Source: an uncultured Gemmataceae bacterium (lineage in GTDB: Bacteria; Planctomycetota; Planctomycetia; Gemmatales; Gemmataceae). Taken from it: DNA of 64,000 nt. The stretch covers positions 64,001 to 128,000 of the forward strand of contig CAVVPN010000010.1 of assembly GCA_963750165.1 (NCBI GenBank), written 5' to 3'. Every line of letters starts with the position of its first letter. Position 1 is the first letter of the stretch. The position numbers and the translations under genes are program-made. Positions 10,299-20,679 of the stretch are shown here, in pieces. The notes beneath the pieces were generated by a model. The model saw nothing but the letters and a program-made list of their open reading frames with translations. It did not search any database and had not been told where the DNA came from.

Positions 10299-10850
10299 AT
10301 GTTCATCATCTGGGGCTCGACGACGATCACCAGCAAGGTAACCGAGGGCGCGTTCTACTGCCCACGTTGCCGGGTCCATACCAGCTATGTGCAGCGACGG
10401 GTCAAGGAATTTTTCACGCTCTACTTCATCCCCATATTCCCGACACGCACCCTGGGCGAATATGTCGAATGCCGCGATTGTGGCGACAGCTTCCACCCGG
10501 CCATCCTGGAACACTCCGCGGCCGAGATCGAGGAACGGCAACGGCCGTGGACCTGCGTCGATTGCCAGGGCCTGAACCCGCCTTCGGAAATGCGCTGCCT
10601 GAATTGTCACGCCCGCCGCGTCCGTGTCGAGGAAGCCACCCCGGCCGCACCGGCCAGGGACCGGCAAACTTCGGAGACGTTTCGTGGGGCGCCGCCGCGG
10701 CCGACCCCACCCGCCCCGGCCCCCCCGCCCGCCGCGGGGCCGGACCTGGCCACGCTCATTGCGTCGAACAGGTGCAAGGATTGTGGGGTTGTCAACTCGC
10801 TGGTCGCCCTGCACTGCAAAAGCTGCGGCGTCCGGTTGCGTTCTTCCTGA
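10299..10850 (+). CDS. Zinc-ribbon domain protein with additional RanBP2-like zinc fingers
   Basis: MFIIWG, CPRC, FFTLYFIPIFP, CRDC, WTCVDC..N..CLNC, CKDC..CKSC. Confidence 0.8.
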   Translation: MFIIWGSTTITSKVTEGAFYCPRCRVHTSYVQRRVKEFFTLYFIPIFPTRTLGEYVECRDCGDSFHPAILEHSAAEIEERQRPWTCVDCQGLNPPSEMRCLNCHARRVRVEEATPAAPARDRQTSETFRGAPPRPTPPAPAPPPAAGPDLATLIASNRCKDCGVVNSLVALHCKSCGVRLRSS

Positions 10851-10927
10851 ACGGCGGCTGGTGGCGCGGCGGTTCCGTACACTATCCCGGTCACCCCACC
10901 ACCCGGCGAAGAGAAAAGGAGGCCCCC

Positions 10928-11830
10928 ATGCATCTGCCGACGCGCCGCCAGTTCCTGTCCACCGCCGTCGCCGCCGGCGCCGCAACCGCGCTGGCCGCCG
11001 CCCCGGCCATCGACCCGATCAAGCGTCCGGGGCCGTCGCGGCTGCACCTGAGCCTGGCCGCATACAGCTACAATCGTTACCTGCGTCTGAAGAACCCGAT
11101 GCAGCCGGCGATGACGCTGGTCGAGTTCATCGACACCGCCGCAACCATGCCGCTGAATGCGGTCGAATTGACGGCGTATTACTTCCCACGGACGACACCG
11201 GAATACCTGGCGGACCTGAAGGGTCGCTGCACGCGGCTGGGCCTGGACATTAGCGGCACTGCGGTCGGCAACAATTTCTGCACGACGAACGCGGCCCGGC
11301 TCAAGGAGGAGATCGGCCACGTCAAGAACTGGATCGAGCACACCTCCCGGCTCGGCGGCAAGACGATGCGCGTTTTCGCCGGCAACGTTGAGAAGGGCGA
11401 CAAGGAGGAGCGGGCGCACAACCAGGCGGTGGCGGCGCTGCAGGAGGTGAGCGAGTACGCGGGGCGGTTCGGCATTTACGCGGCGCTGGAAAACCACGGC
11501 GGCATCACCGCGACGCCGGAGCGGATGCTGGCGATCATCAAGGCGGTCAAGTCGAACTGGTTCGGCGTCAACCTGGACACGGGCAACTTCCACACCGCCG
11601 ACCCCTACGCCGACCTGGCCCGCCTGGCGCCGTACGCGGTCGTGGTGCAGTTGAAGACGGAAATCCACCGTGCCGGCAAGCCGACCGAGGACGCGGACCT
11701 GAAGCGGCTCGTGGACATCTTGCGGCGGGTGAACTTCCGCGGTTACGTGGCGCTGGAGTACGAGGCCAAGGCGGACCCGCACAAGGCGGTGCCGGCGGCC
11801 GTCGCGGCGCTGCGGAAGTTGACGGACTGA
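10928..11830 (+). CDS. Tat-exported sugar phosphate isomerase/epimerase (xylose isomerase-like TIM barrel)
   Basis: TRRQFL twin-arginine signal; LENHGG, NLDTGNF, VALEYE. Confidence 0.85.
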   Translation: MHLPTRRQFLSTAVAAGAATALAAAPAIDPIKRPGPSRLHLSLAAYSYNRYLRLKNPMQPAMTLVEFIDTAATMPLNAVELTAYYFPRTTPEYLADLKGRCTRLGLDISGTAVGNNFCTTNAARLKEEIGHVKNWIEHTSRLGGKTMRVFAGNVEKGDKEERAHNQAVAALQEVSEYAGRFGIYAALENHGGITATPERMLAIIKAVKSNWFGVNLDTGNFHTADPYADLARLAPYAVVVQLKTEIHRAGKPTEDADLKRLVDILRRVNFRGYVALEYEAKADPHKAVPAAVAALRKLTD

Positions 11831-11898
11831 CGTCTGTGGTCCGTTGCAAGTTGGGTTGAAGCCCCGGTGCTTGTCCCCTGCTTGCAACGGACCCTGGA

Positions 11899-12900
11899 CT
11901 AATAATCCGTCGTCGCCAACTGGCGGCAGGCAACCACGAGCATCAGCACACCGAAGCCGACCGAGGACAGCAGCGACCACCCCGGGTAAAACTGGCCCTC
12001 CTGCTGCAACCGCCGGATCACGTCCCAGCTGGACATCGAATCAAAGAACCGTGGCGTGCCGATGGCCTGTTCCAGTAATACGCCGAAGTCCACCGGTTTG
12101 GGCAGCAGCCAGTAGCCGGCCTCCGTCAGGGCGTTCGTCAACGGCGACAACCCCGCCCCGGTCGGCGCCAGGTAGTGCAGCACCGCCACGTAGTGGTGGC
12201 CCGCGTTCATCGCCCAGCACAGCAGCCAGAACAGCAGCGAACCGAACATCGTCGCCACCGTGCTCCGCGTCCACACCGCCAGCACCGTGGAGAAGGTGAA
12301 CATCACCGCGAAATGCAGCACCAGCAGCGGCGCCGCCCACAGGTAGGCGTATTCCCATATGTCCGTACTCAGCCCCAGCGCCAGCCAGGTGCCGCCAAAG
12401 AACACCAGCACCTGGAAGGACACGAACGCCACCACCCCCAGGTACTTGCCCAGCAGGATGACCCAGCGCGGCGTCGGCTTGGTGAACAGCACCGACGCGG
12501 CACTCGGCTGCAGAAAGTCCGGCAGAAAACCCGCCGTCCAGACCAACGTCAGCAGCACGCCAAAGGTGCCAGCGACGTAGCTGGCCAGGATCACTTCCAG
12601 GAATTGCACTGCCTCCTCGCGGTGCCGGCCCTGCTCGACCGTGACGCTGCCGAACAGCAACCGCAGCTGTGTCGGGTTCGGGTTGCGACCGATGAATGGC
12701 TTGTTGTCCTTCGTGTACAGTTCGATGTCGTCCGGCAGTTTCTTCGACAGGCCGCCCTCGACACTGACGCCCAGGCAAAAGACGATGCACACGCCGCTGA
12801 CCGTCAGCATCACCCAGAAGATGCGCGACGCCAGCGCCTGGCGGAACGTGTCGCGGATCAGCCAGTACAGCGCATACAGGACGGCGGAACCATTCACCAC
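11899..12900 (-). CDS. ABC-2 type transporter permease
   Basis: Multi-TM; KPTPRWVILLGKYLG. Confidence 0.8.
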   Translation of the reverse strand: MVNGSAVLYALYWLIRDTFRQALASRIFWVMLTVSGVCIVFCLGVSVEGGLSKKLPDDIELYTKDNKPFIGRNPNPTQLRLLFGSVTVEQGRHREEAVQFLEVILASYVAGTFGVLLTLVWTAGFLPDFLQPSAASVLFTKPTPRWVILLGKYLGVVAFVSFQVLVFFGGTWLALGLSTDIWEYAYLWAAPLLVLHFAVMFTFSTVLAVWTRSTVATMFGSLLFWLLCWAMNAGHHYVAVLHYLAPTGAGLSPLTNALTEAGYWLLPKPVDFGVLLEQAIGTPRFFDSMSSWDVIRRLQQEGQFYPGWSLLSSVGFGVLMLVVACRQLATTDY

Positions 12901-12975
12901 GGGGATGCGTTCTCCAGGATGTAGACTGGTTGGCAGCCTCTTTCACGTGGGGCAGATTTTCCAGCCTGCTCCACG

Positions 12976-13746
12976 TTACTTGACGGACTGGCGCTGGTAC
13001 ACGTCGCGCAGCGCCTCCTCCAGCGGTCGGTGACCGCCGGTGGCCGGGTCGCGCGTCAACTCCGCCGTCGGGCCGAGGAACACCAGACGACCGCCGACCA
13101 GCACGGCCAGGCGGTCGCACAGCAGTTCGACCTCCGACAGCAGGTGCGACACCAACAGGACGGTACGGCCGCGGCGGCGCTGCTCAGCGGTCAGGTCGCG
13201 GATCAGCTGGCGGCCGGACAGGTCCAGGCCCTCGCTCGGCTCGTCGAGCACCAGCAGTTCAGGATCGTTGACCAGCGCCTGGGCGACGCCGAGCCGCTGC
13301 ACCATGCCCTTGCTGAAGCGCTGGATCGGCTCGTTGGCCCGATCCGCCAGACCGACCTGCTCCAGCAACCGCGGCACCCGCGCCTTGACCTCCGGCTCGG
13401 GTAGCAGGCTCAACGCGCCATAATACTCCAGCAGAGCCGCGGCGGTCAAATAGCGCGGGAAGGCGTGGTTCTCGTGGACGTAGCCGACCCGGGCCAGGGT
13501 GCCGCGGTCGGAGCCCGGTTGGCCCAGGCGGAGCACGCGCCCCGCGGTCGGCCGGCACAGCGACAGTAGCAGTTTCACCAGCGTGGTCTTGCCGGCGCGG
13601 TTGGGTCCGAGCAGACCGAACACCTCGCCCGCCTCGACGCGCAGACTGACGCCGTCCACCGCCCGCAGCTGCTGGCGGCCCAGCAGGCCCCGCGGATAGT
13701 CCTTCACCACGTCCACGAATTCCACGACGCTCACGAACACCCCCAA
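12976..13746 (-). CDS. ABC transporter ATP-binding protein
   Basis: GPNRAGKTT, FSKGM, LLVLDEP, SH motifs. Confidence 0.9.
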   Translation of the reverse strand: MGVFVSVVEFVDVVKDYPRGLLGRQQLRAVDGVSLRVEAGEVFGLLGPNRAGKTTLVKLLLSLCRPTAGRVLRLGQPGSDRGTLARVGYVHENHAFPRYLTAAALLEYYGALSLLPEPEVKARVPRLLEQVGLADRANEPIQRFSKGMVQRLGVAQALVNDPELLVLDEPSEGLDLSGRQLIRDLTAEQRRRGRTVLLVSHLLSEVELLCDRLAVLVGGRLVFLGPTAELTRDPATGGHRPLEEALRDVYQRQSVK

Positions 13747-13747
13747 C

Positions 13748-13886
13748 GGATTGCGGATTGCGGATTGAAAGACCTGAGTTCGTAGTACCGCCTTCAGGCG
13801 GAATCAGCCAGTCTGATTCCGGCGAAAGCCGGCACTACGAACTCAGAGTCTTCCAATCCGCAATCTGCAATTTGCAATCTGCAATT
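13748..13886. repeat. Composite palindrome: family-A REP pair nested in an inverted heptamer-repeat element
   Basis: (GGATTGC)n GAAAGAC | REP 13774-13846 | GTCTTC (CAATCYG)n. Confidence 0.7.
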
Positions 13887-13892
13887 CCCAAA

Positions 13893-16800
13893 TTACTGGA
13901 TCAGCGACACCTGCACGCCGGCTTGCATGATCGATTGAAACGCTGCCTGCATGCTGGTGATGCGCTGCGTGTACGTGCCATAAATTTGCTGGATCGCCGG
14001 GAAATTCGCCGGGTTCTGGTCCGGCGACGTGTTGCCGTAGTTCTGCACCGTCTGCAAGAACGTCAGGGCGGCCGTCTGCTGGGCGCCGGCGTTGGTCGGG
14101 TCGAACAGCGACCCGTAGCCGATGCAGTACACGTAGGCCGGCTTGCGGGTGGTCCCGTAACCCGGCGGGGACGCGTTGGTCGAGGCGGTGATTTGCTTGA
14201 CCACGTTGGTCACCTCGGTGCTACTGTAGGCGCCGGTGGTCGGCCACTCGATGTTCTTCGTGTCCGACAGGTTCGCCGGGTTGTAGACGCGGATCGGGTA
14301 GTAGGTGTCGGAGCCCGACCCCGCGGTGGCGGCGTAGGCACGCCAGTTCGGTGCGCCGTCCGTCTCGAAGATGACCAGCCGCGAGGCCCCCTGCCGTCCC
14401 AGGCCGCCCGCGCTGCCGCGGTAGGTGGTCGAGGGCTGGGCGTACAGGCGCAGGTTGGTCACGCTGGAGCTGAACTGGTTGTAGGCGATCATGAAGCCCA
14501 TGCCGGGGGCTGTGCCACCGTCGGCGCGCGGCACCTGGAACATGTCAGGGGCGTACGGGCCGATCTCCGCGACGCCGCCGGTCACCGTGGTGGGCGGGAA
14601 GAACAAGGAATCCGTGAGTTGCTGATACTGCCGGCCCAGCGGCACGACTGCCTTGTTGTGGTGGCCGACTGTGTTGGTCCCGGTCATCGGGCTGCTGAAG
14701 AACGTCAGGCCGACGAAGTCGTTGGGGTGGTTATTCTGGATGTCGGTGATGGCCGACTGGATGCCCACCTTGCAGGCCCACGCCTGGGCCTCGTGGCAGT
14801 TGCCCGGCCAGGAGTGGTGGGAGTTGCCGTTGTAGCCGGTGCTCAGGTTGTAGTTGCCCAGCCAGTCGATGAAGGTCATCGGGCCGAACCAGAACTGGGT
14901 CCGCGGCCGCCGCGGGCAGTCGCCGTAGTCCATGTACTGCGAGTAAATCTGCACGCTGGCACTCTTGGAGTAAGCGGCCCCCGTGCCCGACTGCAAGTTC
15001 AGGGTGGTAGTGGTGCTGCCGTTCTTGATGGTCACCAGGTTGGTGGTGTCGCCGTTGATGACGGCGTAGTCCAGCATGTAGGCGGAGCCGGCGACGTTCT
15101 TGCTGGCCGATGGCGTGTAGGCGATGGCCGAGGAGAGCGTCAGGGTGGTGGCCCCCTTGGACACCGCGGCCGACAGCGTGCCGGTCGCGTACGGGGCGCC
15201 CGGCGTGGCCGGGGACGGCTGCGGCTGCGGCCGCTGCGAAATCTGCAGCGTGCTGCCCGTCCACTGATAGTAGTCGCCGCCGCCGATCAGCGCGCTGATG
15301 GACACGCCCGACTGGGTGCGGCTGTAGCTGTTCGCGGTCGTGGTGCTGGCGGTGAAGCCGAGCACGAAGTCGATGTACTCCTTCCAGAAGCGCTCGTCGC
15401 TGGGCAGCGACGAACTGACCGTCGTCCACCAGCGGTTGTTCAGGGTGTTGTCCGTGCCGGTGGGCATCGTGGTGTAGTAGCGGATGCGGCCCGCCTGGAG
15501 AGTGGTCGGGAACGGGGCGGGGCTCTGGTTCAGCCAGTACAGGATGGCCGCGTAGTTGATGCGGTAGGTGTAGGTCACCGACGAGCCGTTCTCCGTCACG
15601 GTCGTGGAGGTGCCGGGCGTCTTCATGGTGTAGCCGGAGGCCGGCGTGTCGAACAGGATGGTGTTGTGGTTGACCCAGCTAGGAACCTGGGAGCTGGTGT
15701 TGACGGCCACGAAGAAGCGCTGCCGCCAGTCGTTGGACTGGTTGTTGTACCAGTTGAACGTGGTATTGGTCAGCGAGGTCGGCGGATTGACGACGTTGGG
15801 CCCGCGCGGCGCCGGTGGCCAGATCAAGAACGTCTTGCCCCAGTAGTTCGGGCCCTGCGTGTAGCCGTAATAGTTCGCGCGCACCGCCTTGTAACCGTTG
15901 TACTCAAAGTTGGCGTTGGTGGTCCAGCTGTTGCTATTGAACTGGTAGACCGTCTGGGCGTAGTTGGCGCCGGTGTCCAGGGTCTGCTTCAGGAAGTTGT
16001 CGCCACCGGGCGTCGAGGCGTAGGCGGCGGGGGCAGCGGTGAACGCCAGGTTGCTGCTCGTGTCGGGGGCGACACCGACCGCGTTCTGGAAGAAGTCGGT
16101 GACGATGGCCGGGCCGGCATTGGAGGCGATCACGGCGTTGCTGTAATCGACGGTGGTCCCGTCCGTCGTCGGGTAGGACGGCGTGGTCCCCTGCAGGGCG
16201 GCGGTGGCGCTGTCCGAGTAGTGGCCGAACAGCGGGATGGTGGGGTCGTTGTTCATGGACTGGGTGCGCGCCGAACTGAAGGTGGCGGGGTTGGCCTGGG
16301 TGCCGCTCATGGGCACGCCCAGCAGGCTCTCGAAACGCATCGAGCCGGACAGGTCCATGATAATCATCACATCGCGCGGCCGGTGGACGGCGATGGCCGT
16401 GGCGCTGGTGTTGAACGTGTTCATGCCGAACAGCCGGGCGAAGGCGAAGTTCCCCTGGAAGGTGATGGTCGATTGCACGGCGCTGTACGGTTCGGTGGTG
16501 TCGGTGTTCGTCCACTGAATCGAGAAGCCTTCCGTGCTGGGGTTGGAGTCGTTGTAGGTGTACATGTACTTGCCCACCTGCAACGAGACCTGGCCGGAGT
16601 TATAGGTGTACGAATTGGGGTGGTTCGTCGTCTGGGCCCAGTCGGCGGTAGGGTTGGCCGAGATGGCCTGGCCGAAGACGGAGTTCTCGGTAGCCGACGT
16701 GATGGCGTTGGTCGGCACGCTGGAGAGGTTGTAGTTGACGGTGGGGCTGTTATTGCCGTTGATGGTGCGGGCGCCGGCCATGGCGGAGGCGTCGGCGGCG

Positions 16801-16940
16801 TTCTGGCACTGGTTGCGCGCCACCGCGATCATGCCAATGTCCACCGCCAGGGCGATCATGCCGATCAGGGAAATCGTACACATGCACACGAGGGGCAGGA
16901 CTGAGCCCCGACGCTGCTGAGTTTGTGGTCGCAGGATCAT
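13893..16940 (-). CDS. TadG-like pilus-tip adhesin with Tad N-terminus and split vWA domain
   Basis: RRGSVLPLV..ALAVDIG..QNAADASAMAGA; MIDAS DLSGSM; later GGTAPG and IFETDG; Thr/Ser/Asn rich. Confidence 0.85.
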   Translation of the reverse strand: MILRPQTQQRRGSVLPLVCMCTISLIGMIALAVDIGMIAVARNQCQNAADASAMAGARTINGNNSPTVNYNLSSVPTNAITSATENSVFGQAISANPTADWAQTTNHPNSYTYNSGQVSLQVGKYMYTYNDSNPSTEGFSIQWTNTDTTEPYSAVQSTITFQGNFAFARLFGMNTFNTSATAIAVHRPRDVMIIMDLSGSMRFESLLGVPMSGTQANPATFSSARTQSMNNDPTIPLFGHYSDSATAALQGTTPSYPTTDGTTVDYSNAVIASNAGPAIVTDFFQNAVGVAPDTSSNLAFTAAPAAYASTPGGDNFLKQTLDTGANYAQTVYQFNSNSWTTNANFEYNGYKAVRANYYGYTQGPNYWGKTFLIWPPAPRGPNVVNPPTSLTNTTFNWYNNQSNDWRQRFFVAVNTSSQVPSWVNHNTILFDTPASGYTMKTPGTSTTVTENGSSVTYTYRINYAAILYWLNQSPAPFPTTLQAGRIRYYTTMPTGTDNTLNNRWWTTVSSSLPSDERFWKEYIDFVLGFTASTTTANSYSRTQSGVSISALIGGGDYYQWTGSTLQISQRPQPQPSPATPGAPYATGTLSAAVSKGATTLTLSSAIAYTPSASKNVAGSAYMLDYAVINGDTTNLVTIKNGSTTTTLNLQSGTGAAYSKSASVQIYSQYMDYGDCPRRPRTQFWFGPMTFIDWLGNYNLSTGYNGNSHHSWPGNCHEAQAWACKVGIQSAITDIQNNHPNDFVGLTFFSSPMTGTNTVGHHNKAVVPLGRQYQQLTDSLFFPPTTVTGGVAEIGPYAPDMFQVPRADGGTAPGMGFMIAYNQFSSSVTNLRLYAQPSTTYRGSAGGLGRQGASRLVIFETDGAPNWRAYAATAGSGSDTYYPIRVYNPANLSDTKNIEWPTTGAYSSTEVTNVVKQITASTNASPPGYGTTRKPAYVYCIGYGSLFDPTNAGAQQTAALTFLQTVQNYGNTSPDQNPANFPAIQQIYGTYTQRITSMQAAFQSIMQAGVQVSLIQ

Positions 16941-16981
16941 ATGAGGTTCTCCGATTCCCGGCCGCGGACGCGGCCCGGTGT

Positions 16982-17698
16982 TCAGTTCGCTTCGCTGTAC
17001 ATCGCCGACTTGGCCGTGATGTGCATGGTGCTGGGCATCAACAATAACACGGGCAAAATGGGGTCGTAGTCCAGGTCGATCTGCACCACGATGTAGGAGC
17101 CGAACGGCGCGTCGCTGGCCGGCATCACGCCCAGGATATTGTTATTGGTGGTGAAGCTGTTAAAGGCCGTCTGGTTGGCCGCGTTGGACCCGGTGACCCC
17201 GTTGGTGACCGTGTTCAGGGTCAGGTACACCTTGGCGTTGCTGTTCTTGGGATCCTTGACGTAATTACCCGTCGAGTCCGTGCCGATGGTGTATTTGTTG
17301 GGCGTGGGCGTGGTGTTGTCGAGGAAGTATTTGTTGCCGCTGGTGTCGGTCTGGTAGGCGTAGTTGGCGCTGCCGCTGGGGTTGTACTCGAAGGCCATGC
17401 CGCCAGTGCTGTTGCCGGCGTAACACTGCACGGTGAAGTTGGCGACCTTCTGGTTCATGCCGCCCATCTGCTGCGTGACCAGAGTCTGAACGTCGGTGGT
17501 GAGGGTGGACGAGGTAGTGTTGGCGACGGCGTAGCGGGCGCCCGTGCGGCAGGCGCTGGCGGCCAGCTGGCGGATGAAGATGAAGCGGCAGTATTCCAGC
17601 ACCCCGAACAGCAGCATCAGGAACACAACCACCACGGCCGCGGTTTCGACCACGGCGCTGGCGGGGCGCTTGTTCTGCGTAAACGGTGTCACGAGCAT
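16982..17698 (-). CDS. TadE/TadG family pseudopilin
   Basis: ASAVVETAAVVVVFLMLLFGVLEYCR..ACRTGARYA. Confidence 0.85.
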   Translation of the reverse strand: MLVTPFTQNKRPASAVVETAAVVVVFLMLLFGVLEYCRFIFIRQLAASACRTGARYAVANTTSSTLTTDVQTLVTQQMGGMNQKVANFTVQCYAGNSTGGMAFEYNPSGSANYAYQTDTSGNKYFLDNTTPTPNKYTIGTDSTGNYVKDPKNSNAKVYLTLNTVTNGVTGSNAANQTAFNSFTTNNNILGVMPASDAPFGSYIVVQIDLDYDPILPVLLLMPSTMHITAKSAMYSEAN

Positions 17699-17719
17699 GG
17701 CAAACTCCTGGTCGGGCAG

Positions 17720-18415
17720 TTACTGCAGCGGGAGGTTGGTGTTGACCGTCAGCGGTTGGTCCTTCATGGACCGCCACTGAACGGTGGCGTACAGGGTCTG
17801 CGTCGGGGTGATCTGGTTGAGCAGAATCCAGCGGACGCGGTTAAAGGGGATATTGACGGACACCCGGAGGCGGTCGAGCTGATGGGCGTCCTGCGGGTTC
17901 TGGTCGGAGGTGATCTTGTTGTTGCTGACCAGGTTGGAATACGCTGTCGAGTTCTGGGCCGACACGTTGCCGTTGATCGAATCGACGCTCACATACACCT
18001 TGGCGTTGCCGTTCTTGGGGTCCGTGACGTACGTGCCGTTGGCGTCCGACTGGATGTAGAGTTTGGTGCCGGAGCCGGTGCTCAGATAGTTGCCGGTACC
18101 GTTGGTCTGGTAGGGGCAGGGGGCGTCCAGGTTGGTGAAGGTGATGTCGCTGGCGTAGACGGTGACGCCGTTCATGGCGCAGTAGTTGATGATGGTGTTC
18201 TGCACGCCGGTGACGGTCTGGTCGTGGGTGGAGGCCTGGCGGCCAGCCTCGCGGGCGGCGTTGTTGAGGTACTGTTGCACCTCAACGAGGCGGCCGACCT
18301 CCCAGAGGCCGATGAGCAGCGGCACCAGGAACAGCGAGACGACCGCGAATTCGACGGCGGCCACGCCGCGGCGCCGGCCAACCGGCGGGCCACCTTTCCT
18401 TGTGCGATACAGCAT
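17720..18415 (-). CDS. TadE family pseudopilin
   Basis: RRGVAAVEFAVV..GLWEVGR..NAAREAGR; ATG at 18415. Confidence 0.85.
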   Translation of the reverse strand: MLYRTRKGGPPVGRRRGVAAVEFAVVSLFLVPLLIGLWEVGRLVEVQQYLNNAAREAGRQASTHDQTVTGVQNTIINYCAMNGVTVYASDITFTNLDAPCPYQTNGTGNYLSTGSGTKLYIQSDANGTYVTDPKNGNAKVYVSVDSINGNVSAQNSTAYSNLVSNNKITSDQNPQDAHQLDRLRVSVNIPFNRVRWILLNQITPTQTLYATVQWRSMKDQPLTVNTNLPLQ

Positions 18416-18660
18416 GGCAAATCTCTCCTGCAAGAAGTCCCGGGCCCGAGGGGACGGGCGGCGCGGGGGTGGTGCGGGATGCGGACGCGAGCCGGGCGCG
18501 CACCGAGGAAGGGCTCGGCGCCCATGAGACGGGGCACGCTCCGGGAGCGCAACGGGAACGTGGCCGCCCGCGGCCGGGGTCGTGTCGTTGGAACTATAGG
18601 TCACAAATTGCGGGGGTGGCAAATCCGGCGCGGCCGGCAGGGAGAAAATTTTCACCGCGC

Positions 18661-19469
18661 TCACCAGTGCATGACGAATCCGCCATCGACGTTGATGGTC
18701 TGACCGGTGACGTTGTCGGCGCGCGGCGAGGCGAGAAAAACGGCCATGTGCGCGATGTCCTCGGGCGTCTGCCAGCGGCCCAGCGGCACGACGCGCTGCA
18801 CCTTGGCGCCGGCCCACTCCTCGTAGGTCTGGCGCTGCTCGGCCGGTTGCTGGCGGTGCCAGGCCTCCCAGACGGCGCGATTCAGGGCGGTCTGCACCAT
18901 GCCGGGACAAAGCGTGTTGACGCGGACGTTGTACGCGGCCAGATCGCGGGCGGCACACTGAGCGAAGTTGATGAGCGCCGCCTTGCTGGCGCTGTAGGGT
19001 GGGTCGGTCTGCGAGCCGATCTGGCCGGCCACCGAGGCCAGGAACAGCAGCGTGCCGCGCCGCGCCCGCACCAGGGCCGGAGCGAAGGCGTGAGCCACGT
19101 TCACGCCGCCAACGACGTTGACATGCAAGACAGGTGCCCAGTCCGCGGGCTCCAGGTTCCAGAACGGGAAGCCGAACTTGCCGCTGCCGACGGCGACCGT
19201 GAAGACCACGTGGTCGATGCGCCCAGCGCCTGCGCGACCTGAGCGGCCGCCTGCTGCATCCTGGCATAGTCCGTCACGTCGGCCTGGACGGCGAGCGCGC
19301 GGACGCGGAAGGTGGCTTCGAGATCGCGGGCGGCGGCGTGGGCCTCGGGGTCGCGGTCGAGGACGGCGACGGGGCAGCCCTCGGCGGCGAAGGCGGTCGC
19401 GATGGCGCGGCCGATGCCGCGGGCGCCGCCGACGACCACGGCGGTTTGTCCAGTAAGTTGCAGGTCCAT
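18661..19469 (-). CDS. SDR family oxidoreductase (frameshift near 19225)
   Basis: GGARGIG in one frame; YSASK and TGQTINVDGG in another. Confidence 0.85.
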
Positions 19470-19528
19470 GAGTGGTCCCCTTTGGTTCGCGTGGGGTGGG
19501 CCGCGCGAACCGATAAAATCGTGATGGG

Positions 19529-19577
19529 TCGGAGCCCGAGCGCCAGCGCTGCCCCCGCGCTGGCGCTCGGGCTCCGA
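19529..19577. repeat. REP-like inverted repeat, family B
   Basis: TCGGAGCCCGAGCGCCAGCGC...GCGCTGGCGCTCGGGCTCCGA. Confidence 0.8.
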
Positions 19578-19609
19578 TCAGAAACAAGAATCACCTTGGC
19601 GATTCGGTA

Positions 19610-20678
19610 TTAGCGCCCCGGGCTCAGGCCGTCATCTGTCGCCTCAATGAACACGTCCACCTGCTGGCCGACCCACAAGCCGCCGCGCTCCGGCAGCACC
19701 GCGTAAATCACCTGCAGCACGCGCGTGTCCACGCGCTCGGTGGCGTCGCCGGTCAGCGACTTCTTGGGCACGACATACGGTTCGACGCGCACGAACTTCA
19801 GCGTGTAGCTGTGTTTGGCGTGGCCGCGTAGCACCGCCCGCGCCGCGGCCTGTGGGAAGAAGCGCGGCACATCCTGCTCGGCGATGTCAGCGCGGACGTG
19901 CAGCGGCCGCACGTTGCCGACCACCAGCAGCGCCTGCCCCGGCGGCGCCCCAACGAACTCGCCGACGCGCACGTTCTTCTGCAACACCGTGCCGTCGATG
20001 GGCGCCCGCACCCACAGGCGCTCCAACTCCGTTTCCGTCTGGATCAGCTGCGCGGGCCTGCTCCACGGCGGCGCGGGCCACCATCTTGTCCGGCTCCCAG
20101 GCGCCGGCCTTGAGCAGCGCGTCCTCCGCCTTCACGCGCGCCAGCTGCTCACGAGCCATGCGCGTCGCCTGCCGCCGGAGGATCAGGTCCTCGTCCGCGA
20201 TGGCCCTGGACGGCAACAGTTTCTCGGCGCGCCGGTACAACTCGTCCTTGTCGATCAGGTTGGCCTCGGCCTCGCGCACCTTGGCGACGCTGGGCGGCAG
20301 TTCCTCGGGCCGCGGCATCCGCTCCAGCTTGCTCAGCTGGGCCTCCGCGGACCACAGCAGGGCGATCCGGTACTTGCGCTCCGCCTGCAGCTGGCGGTCG
20401 TCGAGCCGAAACAGCGGGTCGCCCTGCTTGATCTCCTGGCCGACGACGACGAACACCTCTTCCACGACGCCCGGCAGGTGTGAGCCGATGGCGATGTTCT
20501 CGCTCTGCGGCTCGACGATGCCGGCGGCGGCCAGCGTCCTGCTGTAGGGGCTGCGCGTTGGCTCGACGGGGGGCGACGGCGCCGGCGGTGTTTGCTGGGC
20601 CGTGACGACATGGTGGACCGCCAGGCCGAGCATGCCCAGCGCCAGGGCGGGCAACAGCAGTTTGCGGATCGTGCGCAT
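19610..20678 (-). CDS. HlyD-family periplasmic adaptor (frameshift near 20050)
   Basis: [13 protein letters not shown], coiled coil, [22 protein letters not shown]. Confidence 0.85.
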
Positions 20679-20679
20679 A

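Noticed and set aside
10193..11830. N-terminally extended ORF-track starts (also 26494-28071, 17720-19267, 55008, 55957)
   Set aside because: Extensions overlap neighbouring genes or repeats; internal starts with SD or signal peptides fit better.
13758..16904. 1048-aa plus-strand ORF
   Set aside because: Antisense shadow of the TadG-like gene; no motifs, V/G/R-rich as expected for GC-rich reverse frames.
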